The translations under genes and the position numbers were made by a program. Shown one piece after another: positions 23,376 to 36,670 of a stretch of DNA of 64,000 nt (position 1 is its first letter; every line of letters starts with the position of its first letter). Origin of the DNA: Vicugna vicugna. Lineage: Eukaryota. Below the pieces are notes generated by a model. That model saw only the letters and a program-made list of their open reading frames with translations, did not search any database and had not been told where the DNA came from. The DNA lies in assembly GCA_013265495.1 (NCBI GenBank), contig MU058009.1, positions 436,001 through 500,000 of the forward strand. The letters are read 5' to 3'.

Positions 23376-24159
23376 ACTTCTTCGTACAGAGGGATGGTTT
23401 GGCTGGACGGTAGCGAGCAGTGTCGAAGGACGGGGGGAAGCCGTGCCCAGAGGACAAGGATGAGATTGTCTCAAAAGGGCCTCTTAACCAGAGGAGTTCG
23501 TTATAATTCAGTGTGGGAACCACACACACATACATACACGTGGAGAAGACTTAAAGTGTTGGCCCAAACACGCATAAATCTAATTACCATTAGAGATAAA
23601 AGTATGACCCAACCCTGAGAAGAAATGTAGTTGTGGAAAGAAGTTTTTTCTGAAGGTGCAGTCAGGCCAGCTCCCTGGAAGAGGAAGTGACTTCCGAATG
23701 AAAATGGTGAGGAGAGGATGGAGAATGGACCAGGAGGCCGTGGGGAGGGGGAGGCTGCTGGTCACAGCGCCAACTTCAGCCTGAGTCTGGCTGTTCCTCT
23801 TTCCCACGACCTACCACTTCTTCCCAGCTGACCTGCCTTACCCCCTTTAAAAAAAAAATTCTCTGTATTTGCGTTGAAAACAAATCTTTCTTTTTGGACT
23901 TTTCCTCTTAATTTCCTTCTTCCCTGCTATCATTTACCTTTCTAGCCGTATTCAGCTCTGTCGATGTACTATTGCGTGAAAAGCACATGTGAAAGAAAGC
24001 TGTGTTAGTGCTGGGGCTGGTCGGGGTTCTCACCCCCCAGCCCCCCAGACACCCCTGAGCGCCCATCACAGTGTGGACGGGGAGAGACACTGTAGTTTAA
24101 GTAGAGGAATTCAGGAGGGGAATAAGCACAAGGAGATGAGGAGGAGGGAGGACACTGGA

Positions 24160-24760
24160 ATTCACTTCAGGGCAACAGATGTTTAATGAGCACCTATTAT
24201 GGGCCAGTTGCCTGACGCTTGGTGCTGGGAGGCAGAAGACAAGCTGTGAGCTCCTGGTGTGGGAACTGACTGGTAAGTGCCTCATGATACAAAGATTCGA
24301 TACAATCCAGTCTAAGCGTGGGCAACAGGTACCGGGGACACAGAGAAGAGTGCCAGTATTTACGCTTCACAAGGGAGTTCCAGAAGTGATGGCGTTTAAC
24401 AGCATTACATGCTGGGCAGGAGTTTGCTGGATGAAAAAAGGAGGGCATTCCAGGCAGAGGGGAGAGTTTGAGCAAAAGAAGAGAAACACACGGCCTCCCT
24501 GAGACTTGATGACTGTTCCCAATGTGGCCAGACTGCCGCCCGTGGGCCTTGGATCCCGGGCTTGGGAGCAGGAACCAATCTCATAAGCAACAGGGAGGCA
24601 TCTCAGGTGTCTAGACAGGAGGCTGGCTTGGTGGGATGTGTGCTTTAGAGAAATGCTCCCTAACAGCGGGTGGAGAAGGGGCAGCCGCCTGGCCAGGAGA
24701 CCGCCGCCTTGGTCCGAGGCGGGAGGAGGAGAATCTTGTCAGCCACGGGGAGGGAGGCAC
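24160..24760 (-). mobile_element. L2 LINE fragment
   Basis: caacagatgtttaatgagcacctattatgggccag...gagggcattccaggcagaggg...tgtgctttagagaaatgctccct. Confidence 0.8.
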
Positions 24761-24859
24761 AGGGACACATGCAGGGCAGCACCCAGGGACACTCGGAAAG
24801 TGGGGTCACCCACACCTGATCCTTTTCTGCAGTGTGGGGCCCAGTGTCTCCCTTATGCC

Positions 24860-25060
24860 CATTTCAGCACATTCATATCCTACCCAGCTCAAACACGTCA
24901 CCTCTTCCACAAAGCCTTTACTGATGCCCCAGTCTGCAGACAAACTCCCCCTCCTCTGCTCCCCTGCTCTGGGTCTGTGCTTTTCCGTCTGGGTCCCCTA
25001 GAGTTGTACTAATTTGAATTGTATTAACTTATATTAAATTGACTCCTTTTCTTTGCCCTC
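24860..25060 (+). mobile_element. L2 fragment
   Basis: cccagctcaaacacgtcacctcttccacaaagcctttactgatgcccc. Confidence 0.6.
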
Positions 25061-25499
25061 ACATGGGTTGGGAAAGGGCAGGGTTCTGGAAGTATGAAGA
25101 CTTATTTTGCAGTGAAGGTATGGGACATGGTAGCTGTGTTGCCCTGGCCTTGGTTTCATCATTTCTGGGAATGCATCAGCCAGGCTGCAGCTGGGTGAGC
25201 ACAGTCCATGCCAGGTGGCCTAAAAGGGGAGAGTGAGGATGCCCAAAGGCTAGTAACAGCGGTCAGCCAGGCCAGGGCTGGGGGCACAGGGCCACCCAGA
25301 GGGAACTGGACCACCAGTGAGACACAATTACAGTCTTACAGGCCCCCTGAAGCCAGAATAGAAGGGGTGAAACACACGGGCTTCTCTTCTCTCCCTCTGA
25401 TCCCTGGACAGCAGCTCCATTAGCTGAACCCACACAGAAACCAGCTGGAAAGAAGTCTGGGAGGTGCAGTTTGCAGAGGAAGGATAGGGGTAGATCTGA

Positions 25500-25650
25500 C
25501 CTCATAAACAGGCAAGTGATCAACATAGGAAATTCACAAGGTGTCGCTAGCTCTACTTATTTCACAGGATAGTGGCAAGCATCAAATGGAATGACATATG
25601 TAAAAGCCCTTAGTGAATTACAGAAAACTACCCGAACACAGCTCTCAAGT
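25500..25650 (+). mobile_element. MIR 3' fragment
   Basis: ctacttatttcacaggatagtggcaagcatcaaatggaatgacatatgtaaaagcccttag. Confidence 0.6.
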
Positions 25651-27503
25651 TATTTACTCTTGTAGTTTGGAGTCTTGTCTGGCAGTCAAAGAGAATCCAT
25701 ATTTAACTGTTCAGTCATTAATTCTCTCCCCGCCTGGGTCTGGGGTGGGGATGGGCAGGCGGTGTTTCCCTGGGGCCAGTCCATGGGACATATACATCCA
25801 ACAGGTTGTCACCGGTGTCTGGGACACTCTACTGCATCAGATGATAAGAAAGCTTTCTGCAGAAGACTGTAGTGACCTGCTTCTAAACCTCTAGCATTGG
25901 AACCAGTTTAATATGGATGGGCAGGTGGGCGTCAGGCTTGGAGCGGGTCTCTCCAGCCCCTGCCCTTCTTGGCAGTGAGCACCCCTGACGAACAAAGCCA
26001 TAGCCAAGGGAGGACATTTGATGCTATTCAGATGATGGCAGGAGAGAGAGGGAAAGACACGTGAGAATTTTCTGAGCAGCAGTTCTACCCCAAGCATCAC
26101 GCCGGGCACTGTCCTGTTGTTTTGCTCCTTACGGTGGAGGAGATGCCTGGGGAATAGGGCCAATGCAATTGAACCCTTTCGTCCTTCAGCCCCATTAACC
26201 CACATCCACCCAAATGGATTCTCAGCCAGTCCCATTAAGACATCCTGTCGGAACCATCCCACGTCATTTGCAGAGTGAAGTGAATATCAATAAAACTGTA
26301 ATGAGTAATTTTCCCAGCTTCACTGACTCTTACTGGAAACCAAGCCAGAGCCTCCGCTGTGGGTATTGACAAAAACTCCATTCCTCCTGGGAGCTGGGAA
26401 AATCCGAACCCGTCTGAGCAGTAGCAGGTGAGCCAGTTTAATGGACATGGGTACAAGGGCAGCGGGCTTGGGAAGGGGCCTCCAGCCCCTGCCCCTTGTC
26501 GGCAGTGAGCAGCCGTGATGAGTGAAGAGGTTCAGTCTCCCCAGGCTGAGGCAACAGGAGAAGCACGCATCAGGCGGCAGGCGCTGACTTCTGGTCCCCA
26601 GTTATCATCCACGACTCCTACCATCTACTCTAACCCCATTGGGCCTCATTATTTCATCAGTAACATCAAGGTCCTTTCTGGTTCTGCATTCTATGACTCT
26701 GAGAGATGGAGAAGGAACAGAGAAATCAACCTGCCAGAGTGATGTATTTGACAGTGTAGACCCTTGGGGCTGAGTCTACACTGACAGAATGGGAGTGTTG
26801 CTGGCAGTTTCTAGCTGTGGCTCTCTGGCCACGGAGAGCCTGGGCATCACACCTGCTCCGTGGCCATGACAGCCAGCACTGGGAGACCAGAGCTGTGAGT
26901 GACAAGGCGTTAATTCCATACGTAGGAAGTGTGACGGTTGGGGACTGGTCTCCTCCTTTCCTGTTCACTCCCCTCTGTCTGAAAGGCTGTCAGCAACTTC
27001 TGTGGATGCCTGGCTGCCATGGCCTCGATGACGCCTTCTTCACCTGCATGGAGGTGTGGAGGAGAGTACGGAGGTGTTTCTGCAGCAGCGGGGCTACTGG
27101 TTTGGAACGTGCTGCCTGGGGGAATACTACTCAGCTGCCGTTCCGCGCTGGGGTCCAGCCTTCTCAGATGTCCAGAAAGACAGCTCAGCCCAGTCAGGCT
27201 TCCAGATATTCGACGGAGGGGGCAATGGGTGTGTGCACATGTGTGCGCACATGTGCAGCCTCAGGGATAGAAAGAGGAATGGAGTCGGTGAAGCCCAGAT
27301 CCTTGCAGGCACGTGAAAATGCTGATAATGGAGCACCACCCCTCCCCCTTCCCCTGTGAACTTTGGAGAAAAGTGGGAGTGGGGCTAGGAGGTCATATGC
27401 CTCCCATGACATCTGCTTTGCCATGGTGACATGATGTGATGGCCATGTGGCGGGGGTGAGGGCAATGACAAAGTTCTATAATTCTTATTACTTGGGAAAA
27501 GTC

Positions 27504-27625
27504 CAGTCGCCCCTCTGTATCCAGTGCCTGGGAAGGGCCGTCAGTTCTATGCCATCTTACATGAGGGACTTGAGCATCCCTGGAGGTCTTGGGACCGATC
27601 CCCAACAGATACCGAGGGATGACTG
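27504..27625. mobile_element. Miniature MER2/Tigger-family MITE
   Basis: TIRs cagtcgcccctctgtatc and gataccgagggatgactg; internal tatgccatcttacatgagggacttgagcatcc. Confidence 0.8.
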
Positions 27626-27719
27626 TCCGTGGCCGCTCTCATTTTAGAAGCAAATGTAAGACTGGAGCTGATTTTGTGTGAACTGCCAGGTGTCCCCTCT
27701 TGCTCTCCTCCTCCTAAGA

Positions 27720-27940
27720 AATAATGACCCGCACTTCATTGCAGTATGTGCCTTGCATGTATTTGTCCCTCCCAATAAGCTACACCAATAAGTTGGTGTA
27801 GATTTATCCTCGTCGTACGGGTAAGGAGATCGAGGGGAGATGAACTCCCCAAGTGCGCGCCCCTGAAGCCGGGGGAGCCGGGACTCCAGTCCCAGCTGCA
27901 TGGCTGCAGGGCGCATGCTCCGATCGCTCCGGACCCAGCA
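27720..27940 (-). mobile_element. MIR SINE, unusually GC/CpG-rich
   Basis: ttatcctcgtcgtacgggtaaggagatcgagg...ccccaag...gagccgggactccagtcccag aligns to the reverse MIR core. Confidence 0.6.
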
Positions 27941-29919
27941 TCAGTCCCGCACATGCGCACCGCTCACTGCTTGCCCACGATTTTCTACTCCCCTGCGTGT
28001 TTTTCTGGCGGCCTGTAGGCACCTACAGTGTGTGTCACACTCGTGATTCCGCGCCCAGCGCCCAGCACGGAGAGCCCCCTCGCCCGTCCTTGCACGCACG
28101 TGTGGATGACCCCATCACACACACCTGGGGTCCCCTCCGAGAAAGCAGGGGGAATTACGCCGCTTGCCTCCAGGTGTGGAGAGCCTCTAGCTCCCACATG
28201 TTTCCTGGATCCCAAAGCCTCCTTCTCTTCTGCCCCCAGGCCACCTTGCTAAATTTATCCTGGGATGATTCCATTTACCATCTATAGCTAAAATGCCTCT
28301 TGACTGTTCTGCGCCAAGATTAGAAGTCCGTCTAAACGTCAATGATTATTTCATCGGCTAAAAGCAAATTGATCAAGCCTGCCCTCCCTGCAGACTAAGG
28401 AGGCTCTCAGTCTATTTGTAGCTCTGTCTGAAAGGCAAGACGCGGCTGCCCTGAGTGGAGGCTGCCTGTTGCTCTCTGCACTGATGGAGTTCACAGAGTG
28501 GGTGAGTCATGGCTGTGTTTAAGCCTGGGATCAGTCGATCCTGGGGTAGAGATCAGGTGAATTGTTTCCTCCCACCGCTTCTTAAAGCAGACCCAGGTTG
28601 CCGAAGCAACAACCATCCTGCATCCCCTGCAGGGACACTGTCCACGACTCCGAGGGGTGGGGAACCCACCTGGGCAAATCCATCACCAATGTCCCTCCCA
28701 CCTTGGTCATCCTGAACGGCTCAAAGCAGCAGGTCAAACCAAAAATGGTCCTTGAGAAAGGGACAGAAATACTATCGCTTGTGCAGGACTGAACTGATTG
28801 ACAGCATAGGACTGAAGGGATTGACAAAGTCTTTGTTTCTGTCTTCTGGGGAATTCAAAGAATGAGAGCAGACACTTGGATGGAAGAAAAATCCATAAGG
28901 AAGTAGAGAAAAAGTTTTCCTATCCAAAAAGCTTTAGCAAAAATTAAAAGGAAAAAAAAGTGAAAGGCATGTAAATGTTTCAGTAGATATTTTTATTACC
29001 TTTCTCTAAAATTTTACCTTTGTTTTCCTTTGTAATCTCAAGTTTCTCACCTCCATTGAGTTTCAGTCTGCCTCTGAGCTGAATAATACAGTAGCCAGCC
29101 TGGCAAAGACAACTGTTTACTGGGCAAGAGGCTCCCAATACACAGGGAAGGGATTTTTCATTTCATACATCATTTAAAGCCTGCTGCAGTGATTTACCAA
29201 TGTCAGCTCGTCTTTGGAGCGCAAAACAGAAGAAAGAGAAATATGCATGCTTCCGTTGTGTATCTGGACTGGGATCCTAGGAGAGTGATTGGAGGAAGAT
29301 GGTGGACTGGGATTTCTTCCTTGTCTAAACACTATGGAGAAGCCAAAGATTGCCCAGCATTTAGGAAGAAAGAGAACGTGGGAAAGTGGTTGGTGTCTTG
29401 CAGGGAGACTGTGCTTCCCTTCCCACCTGACCTGGCCAGGCAGGGCAAGGCTCCCTCCCACAGCCTGGGCGGCCCCCTCGTTCCCAGGTTCTTGCACTTA
29501 GAACCATCCTACACCTCCGGAAGAATCACCTGCTTGAGACTCCATCGCTGGCACGCCATTCCCCTGCTTAGATACCCAAAACCATTTTCCAGGCAAGTTG
29601 AATCCAGGCACTCAGCCCTCAGGACCTGCACTCCTGACTGTCTCATGATTTCCCGGGCACTCCTGTGGGTCCAGGTGCCCCGAGATGCCGGCACACAGCA
29701 TGCCTTCGCCATCGAGCATCCTGTCCAGCTGTTCTCCTGGTCTGGGAGGCTCTTTCCCTTCCCTCCCATTTCTGAAACTGTCTCAAGGGCCAATCTAACA
29801 CCCACTTCATCCATCACTCTTTCCATGACTAAGCCTTTCTGCTTACTCACTTCCCCAAACTTCCACAGTGCTTTGAGTCAGCAGTGACTCGAATCAGATA
29901 ACAGATAATCCAATATTAG

Positions 29920-30352
29920 AGAATAATACTAGTGCATTTCATTGAGTGATCCTTGGGCGCCACGTGGTGGTTTCCACGCAATACCTCTTTCCACTCTCAC
30001 AAACCCCGTCAGGATGTGCTGTTAAGATTTCCAGGTGACAGAGATGGGGGCTCTGTGAAGTGATTATTTAAAGCTACATTCAGCTAGGAGACAAGTAAGT
30101 TGGCCAGAATCTGAACCCAGACTTTCTGCCTTCTTTTTTCTTTTATGAGCCTTTAACCACCACCTTTACTGCCTCTCAGTCCAGTATTACTTCTGAGGTA
30201 ATTGATTTTTAGGTTTTAGTTTAGGTCCGCAGTAAAACCGTGGACTCCCTGAGGAGGCCACGCGTGCCTGACATATCCGTACCCACTACAGCGCCTCACC
30301 TCAGAGCCAGGTAAGCAATAGGCATTCGACAGAAACTTGATCATTTATTGAG
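29920..30352. mobile_element. MIR (-) followed by L2 3' end (+)
   Basis: ctctcacaaaccccgtcagg...gacagagatg...gaatctgaacccagactttctg; then cagcgcctcacctcagagccagg...taggcattcgacagaa. Confidence 0.55.
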
Positions 30353-30898
30353 TGGCCAGAGAGCTTCCAGATTTGGAAACTTCTCTTTCCTCAGATAGAA
30401 AAGTGCTCCGGGAGACTGGTGGGGGGCGGGGCGCTGGTGCGTGGGCATAGCCAGTTCTCTTTAGGGACGTCTGACAGTGGGCCAGGTCACTCTCACAGAG
30501 TGGGTGTTCAATGAATGGTCTTTAAATTGGATTGTGTTAAGCAGAAAAAATACCCCTCTGTCCAAAATCAAGCTGGTCCTTATGCCTTTCTGTGGCTTCT
30601 AAAGTGATGAAAGTTTGGTCCTCAAAGCCACAGTGTTCACAAGTGCCTTATAATGGGTCCATTATTTTATTTATCATGTTGTGCCAACCCTGAGTGGCCT
30701 TTCAAATGGTATCCCCAGTACCTTTTCCTCCATCAGTTTCAAATGACTCTAAACACTCTTATCTTCAGTAGAGTTCATCCCTTCCATGTGCAGACGAACA
30801 CATCCTTTGAAACCGGGGCCTGATTATTGAGCAGAAGTGGGAGTTGGCGAGGGTCTGGCCCGTGCAATCACTGTCCTGGGGCCAGGCTCCTGTCCACG

Positions 30899-30927
30899 GG
30901 CCAAGGCCAAGGCCAAGGCCAAGGCCA
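30899..30927. repeat. (GGCCAA)n hexamer repeat, about 4.8 units
   Basis: Read directly. Confidence 0.95.
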
Positions 30928-33900
30928 CGTCCTCTCTGGTCCAGCCTGATACTCTGCCAGGGCAGCAGAGTGCATCTTCCTCCTCTGCCAGCCACACGGC
31001 CCACTCTGCATACCCTCCTTGAGATGCCAGGGCTGTGTGTACCACACACTCAACAGTTGATCCATTAGATGGCTGATTGTTGCCAAGGATGTAATTATCC
31101 AAGGTGGCAACTGAACTGGCCTGGCTTACGGAGGCAGAGGCCAGTGGATGCCCAGTCCTGCCAAGTGGATCATCACTTAGACATGGCTCCCCACTGCTGG
31201 GTCAGAGCCAAAGAGCTCAACCAGAGCCGGAGTGCTCTCCCTGAGCTTCTGACCTTGGTTCCTAGAGACATACATCTCCCTGAAGGCAGATCCTTCACGA
31301 AAGATCAGTCTTGTGAGAAGCAAACATCTCACTAGAACATAGCCTCCTGGCCTAGCCCCTGCTTTTCCCCAAAAAGCGGGCCCTCCTGGCTTCACCCCAC
31401 CTTCATCATGCCAGGCTTGGCAGGCCCCAAACTGGATAAACAGCTGCTCCCCTAACCTCTCTTCCAATTCCACTCATTGTGAAGGCGGCAGTGAGAATGC
31501 GAGCAGGGCCTCCAGGAGGCCTGGGGCGTGCCACCTCCTGCTCCTGCTGGAGCTGGCGCACAGGCTGCACGGTCTGTGCTCAGAGGCCCTGGGACTCGGC
31601 CTGCCAGACGTGAAGCTCCGTATGGGGAACAGAGGAGGGCTTGGAGCAGGGCACTGCAGGGACCACAGGATATACACTCGGTGACAACGGGGACATGTGT
31701 TTTCTGCCCTGGGCAATGGGTTTTTTTTTTTTTTTTCCTGCCTCAGAGAGAGATTGGACCCACACTGTTCTCCTTGGCCTCCAAAGGCATGGAGCCCATT
31801 TCTCCAGACAGGCAGGTCTGTCTACGACCCGGAAGCTGGCCTGGCGGGGGGCCTGGAGCCAGGACCAGACATCAAGAGCATCCGTGGAGCCTCCTTTGGT
31901 CAAGCGAGCAGATGATGCCTGAAACAGTCCAAATAGACCTTCAGAAACAATCTCCATCCCTCAAACAGCTGTACCCTGCCGGCCAGGTTCAGTGAGCACA
32001 CTGCCTTCTGCTCTGATGCCCAGATCAGGCCTGTGTATTCTTGGGAAGGAAGAAGAAGCAAGAACAGGTGACTCCCTCCACCACTGATAAAGGGCTTCTA
32101 CATCTGAGTGGGAGGGGAACATGCAGGGCCACCTTTGACCTCAAAGGACATCAAGGGGGAGATCCATGGCCTGAATGATAAAAAAGCTGGGCTGTTTAGG
32201 GCATTTCATGCTGTATTGTGCTGTGTGACTTTGGGTAAGTCACCTAACCTCTCTGCTCCTTCGACAATGCCAGATACAGATTCACTTCACAGGGTTTGGG
32301 AGATCAGAAAAAGAAGGGGATAAAAATCTTTTCTCCAAGAGAAGGATGGGGCTTCTGAATGAAGCTACTGTCATTCTCCTGACCTCTGGTCAGGAGCGCT
32401 GAGTTACCCTGTAAACCTCTATGAGAGAATCTAGTCAGTCAGAGGGAGAAGGGCCTCTGTCATTTGCCCCAGCTGCTCCTTGGAAGCAGAAATCCCTTCT
32501 GCAGTATTGGCTTGAGCACGTTTATGACAACAAGCTTGTCTCCCTCAGATCAGCAGTGTATTTGTGTGAGGGTGGCTATCAGAGGACACGGAAAACAGGT
32601 CATTGGAAAAACGAGTCCAGAGAAGACAGAGAGCCCTGAGCACCTGGAACCAAAACAAGCTCAACCCTGTTCACTCAGCACACTTCACTGGGGTCCGTGC
32701 AGGATGCCAGAGACACCAGTGAACCAGGCATCCCCGTGCCTGCCCTCATGGAGCCTGCACCCCGAGGGCGCCCTCCTCAGGAGCAAAGAGAGGTGTGGTC
32801 TGACTAGTTCAGGATGTCCTCCAACCTGATCAGGCTGCCCCGACAGACCACAGTGTCCCCACTTTGCACCGAATGCAGAGAGCAGCTCCATTAAAGCCGC
32901 AGCCTTGAAGGGACCCCAGGCTGGGTACCTCTGAAACAGTTCTGTAGAGCATCTAGCTTTTCTTCCTCTGTTCCCATCGCACCCCAGCCTGGCCCAGCCT
33001 CCTTTCATCTTCTCTGTGAATGTGGACACTTTCCTGCTCGGTGCACCAACGGTGCCGAATAGAAATGAGAAAGCAAATGAGACACTGCTCAGCCCTCCGC
33101 ACTCTTGGTGGGCTGCGGGCACCCTGACGACAGCTGTGGTCCTTTGAACGGCAGCCTGAGAGCAGGCCTGGAGGGCATCCGGGGCTCGGCCAGTGTTCAC
33201 CTCTACAGCTGAGTTATTAGGCAGCTGGAGACCAGCTTCTCCTCTGGCCACCACTCCTGAAGGCCAACAGCAATGTGTCATCGCCCGGATGGAAAATTAA
33301 AGCGACCGGCCCCATCAGTGGCTGCACATTCCAGCGTGTAAATTAACAAATTCCTCCAGAATCCGAAACAGATACATCTCTGTTCAGCCAGAGAACTTGG
33401 ATATAAATGGAAGCTTTTTTGGACAGCGCTGTCAAAAGTGTAATATATCACGGAAGAGCGGATACAAGTTCAAAAGTACATATAATAATATAATTAAGAC
33501 GGCTTGACAAGAATGTATTTTAAAAGCAGAAAATACCTGCAGGTATAATAGCCTCATAAAGTCTGTCAGATTTACTTCTGCTGTGAAGAAATTCAAAATG
33601 TTTTACTTTAATGTGATGCAAATGAAGTCTGAGGTATGCATATAACACAGTCCTTAAAAAACAGGTAGGGGGGAGAAGAATGAAAGTCAGTTTCAGGCCA
33701 AACAAGACACTCAGCTTTGCAGGCGACTGGATAATAGATCAGGCGAACAGACTGGGGAGCGGCGCTGGGCGGTTTGTACAAAACACCAATTTCGCATTCC
33801 CCTCCCTCGTTGGCTACGGGAAAGTAAGTGTTTTTATTCAAAATTAATGATTCCCTCTGTACATTTTTCTTCTTGCTCAAAAGGTTCACGCATAATTCTT

Positions 33901-36544
33901 GTTTAAAGCAAAAGCAATTTTTATATAATTACCAGCCCATGGAAAATTATTTTCCAACACACTAAAAGCTAAGGGGAGTGACTCACACCCAGAACAAAGG
34001 CCTTTGGGACACCTCCATGTCCTCATGGACCAGCGGCCTCTCGGAGAGGATCTAAGCCCTTGTCTAGCCGGACTCCACTACCTGTGTGCTGGACAGAAGC
34101 TTTTTCAAGCAAAGGAGTGATAACTGTTTACCTAGTACTAAAGGATGCCGAGATAGGAAATTAGAAGGTTAGTCCAACAGCAAGGCAACAGACTGGGACA
34201 CCCAGGTCACTGCTCACCCTCTCTCCTCCCCTGAGGACTCCCATCTCTCCAGCCTGCTGATCTGCAGCATCAAGACTAACCCCACAGCGTCACATCTCCC
34301 TGTGCTGTGGGTACTTCATGGACCAAAGTGATACAGGGTACCCACCCCAACCTTACTTCAATGCAACCCTCTGGTCGTAGGTCCATTCTCACTTTCTTAT
34401 TCCCAAGAGGCATCAGGCAGATGGGACTTGGAGCTGAAGCAGCTACACGGCCTTCAGGAACTCTCCCGACCTTAGGGGCCAGGGTCACGGTCTACAGTGA
34501 GGTCAAATGCCCTTTCTTTTGCGACACAACATACAAGTATTTCAGATCTCCAACTATGCTTGTGAGCAAGGCTAGGTGCTTGTCAAAGCGAAAAAAAAAG
34601 AGTAGGGGAAGGTGTTCAATAAAAGGCATCTCTTATCCAAGGCAAAAATTTCATGATCGAATCACGAAGCGGCGTAGTTTAAAAATCAACAGTGCTGGTG
34701 CCTCTGTGGCTGATGACTGCACACGGAAGAATTTTCAAAGTAAATGTACTTTTCGCCATTATCTTGCTCATTTGCATTCTGCTCCATTTGGGTTCTGAAA
34801 CTCGACTAGACGCTTTATTTTCAGGGTAGGTCTGCATGATGGCAAACAAACAGTCTGGGAAGGAATTAGCCATATGGGCCTGGGCATTATTTCCTTAATG
34901 TGGGAATTGGGTCAACTCTACAAAATGTTTCCTTACACACTTACACAGGCACGTTCGCTCTTTGAGAGGGGACGTTTTCAGAATTAAGCCTCCCGGTTGG
35001 CTCTGCTTCCAGCCCCAAGAGGCTCATGAAATCTTAAAGGCGCAGCAACACCCAGCCCAGCATCCTCATTTTGTAGTGGAGACGCAGAGGTCCAGAGAGG
35101 TGAAGTGACCCGAGGAGGTCACACAGCTTACGCGCCCGTCTAGGTCACCCTCTCCTGTTGTGTGATTGACCCTGAACTGGCAGAGGTCTGTGTTTGCCCC
35201 TCTTGTTTCCTCCATATTCTAGAACACCTACTGGCCTCTAGGGACCCCACCTCGATTTCTGGCCCCTTTCCCATCTTCTCCCAACCCTCTGCAAATTCAG
35301 ACTTTCTGAGTTTACATCCATCAGTCAGTCTATCCATCAGTCAATCAACTGATCTGTTCTGCACATCTGCAGGTATGACCCTGAACGTCCTCACTCTGCT
35401 CTTCAGAATCAGAGGTAAAGTGGGGGAAAAAAGCACATATGAGACCCCCAGAAATCACGAATCTCCCCAGCGACTAATGGGAGACATAATGTTGGAAATG
35501 GCATTGTCAGGGTGTCACAAGTGAAGGATGACAATATATGAAACAGACCTTTTAAGGGCAACCCATTATTTTTGTAATTTGTTTAAACAAAACCAAGTGA
35601 CTCTTTAAACTCTTATTCACATCGTGGAAATCCAACGCTGCTTTCTCTTTCTGGAGCCGTGGCGATAATTTTAATGCCAGTAGAAGGCATTAGACATTAG
35701 AGGTGAGCAGGGCACAGGGTTCTGGCTTTTATCAGATAATTAAGATGCTACCAAAGTCAAAGCTTTGTCAACATTAGACTGAAAATAGGCTTCTTCCGTC
35801 CCAGGGCCTTCTACAGAGCATTGAGAGTGACAGTGCTCTGGATAGGAGTTCGCTTTTAAATATGGTTCATTGTTTTTCAAGTTTTATTGGCAATCCATTC
35901 TCATTATACCCGAAGCATTTGTCTTCATAATATGTACTTCACAATTATAATATCAAAGAGTTCGTATCTACATAATAAAAATGATCTATAGAATTGTACA
36001 GGGAAAACAGTAACACAGTATGATCATTAATGAAATGAATACTTTGAGAGAAAACACGCATCTCATGGGAGGACTTGTCCCTACATCGTAAAATGTTAGA
36101 AACGGGCAAGGGCTTGGCGGTGAAAGCGAAATTAAATCTATGATTCCCCAGAGGCAGTGAGCACAGCATGGCCATGCTTGACTTTGGGGATGGGAGGAAC
36201 GTGCCAGGTGACCTTATGTTGGAGATAGTGACTTCAAAGCACATTTGTTCTATCTACCCTTCAGAACCTTCTGGCATAAATATCACAGACAACTGAGACA
36301 AGGCTCAGGTCTCTTCTCTCCAGAATCAGCATCAGAGGTTCTCTCTACTGACCAGGATTTGCTCCAGCTGGCCTGGCGAGGCTCCATCTGGGAAGAAACA
36401 CTTCTGCTGGGGGAAGGGTCCCTAAAATCAGCTTCCCAGGCTAGAGGCACTGAATAGGGACAAGAAAAATGTGGAAAGGGGCGTCAATGTGGTAAAAAGA
36501 AGCTTGGAGACCATCTGGATAGCTTATTCTCTCATCACACTCAG

Positions 36545-36670
36545 GGGAACGTCAGCGCATCGCTGGGCGGTTGGTGCCGGCTCCGCTGCGTGGCTCCTGG
36601 CTATGCCTGGAACGTCTATCACGGGGCTTGGCTCACGGTAGACACTGAGTAAATAGTTTTTAATGGATTA
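36545..36670 (+). mobile_element. L2 3' end, CpG-rich
   Basis: tctatcacggggcttggctcacggtagacactgagtaaatagtttttaatgga. Confidence 0.55.

Noticed and set aside
27234..27257. 10-bp-arm palindrome with two CACATGTG
   Set aside because: Low-complexity RY tract where palindromes arise readily
29189..29887. 232-aa ORF
   Set aside because: GTG start, no recognisable homology, composition typical of non-coding DNA
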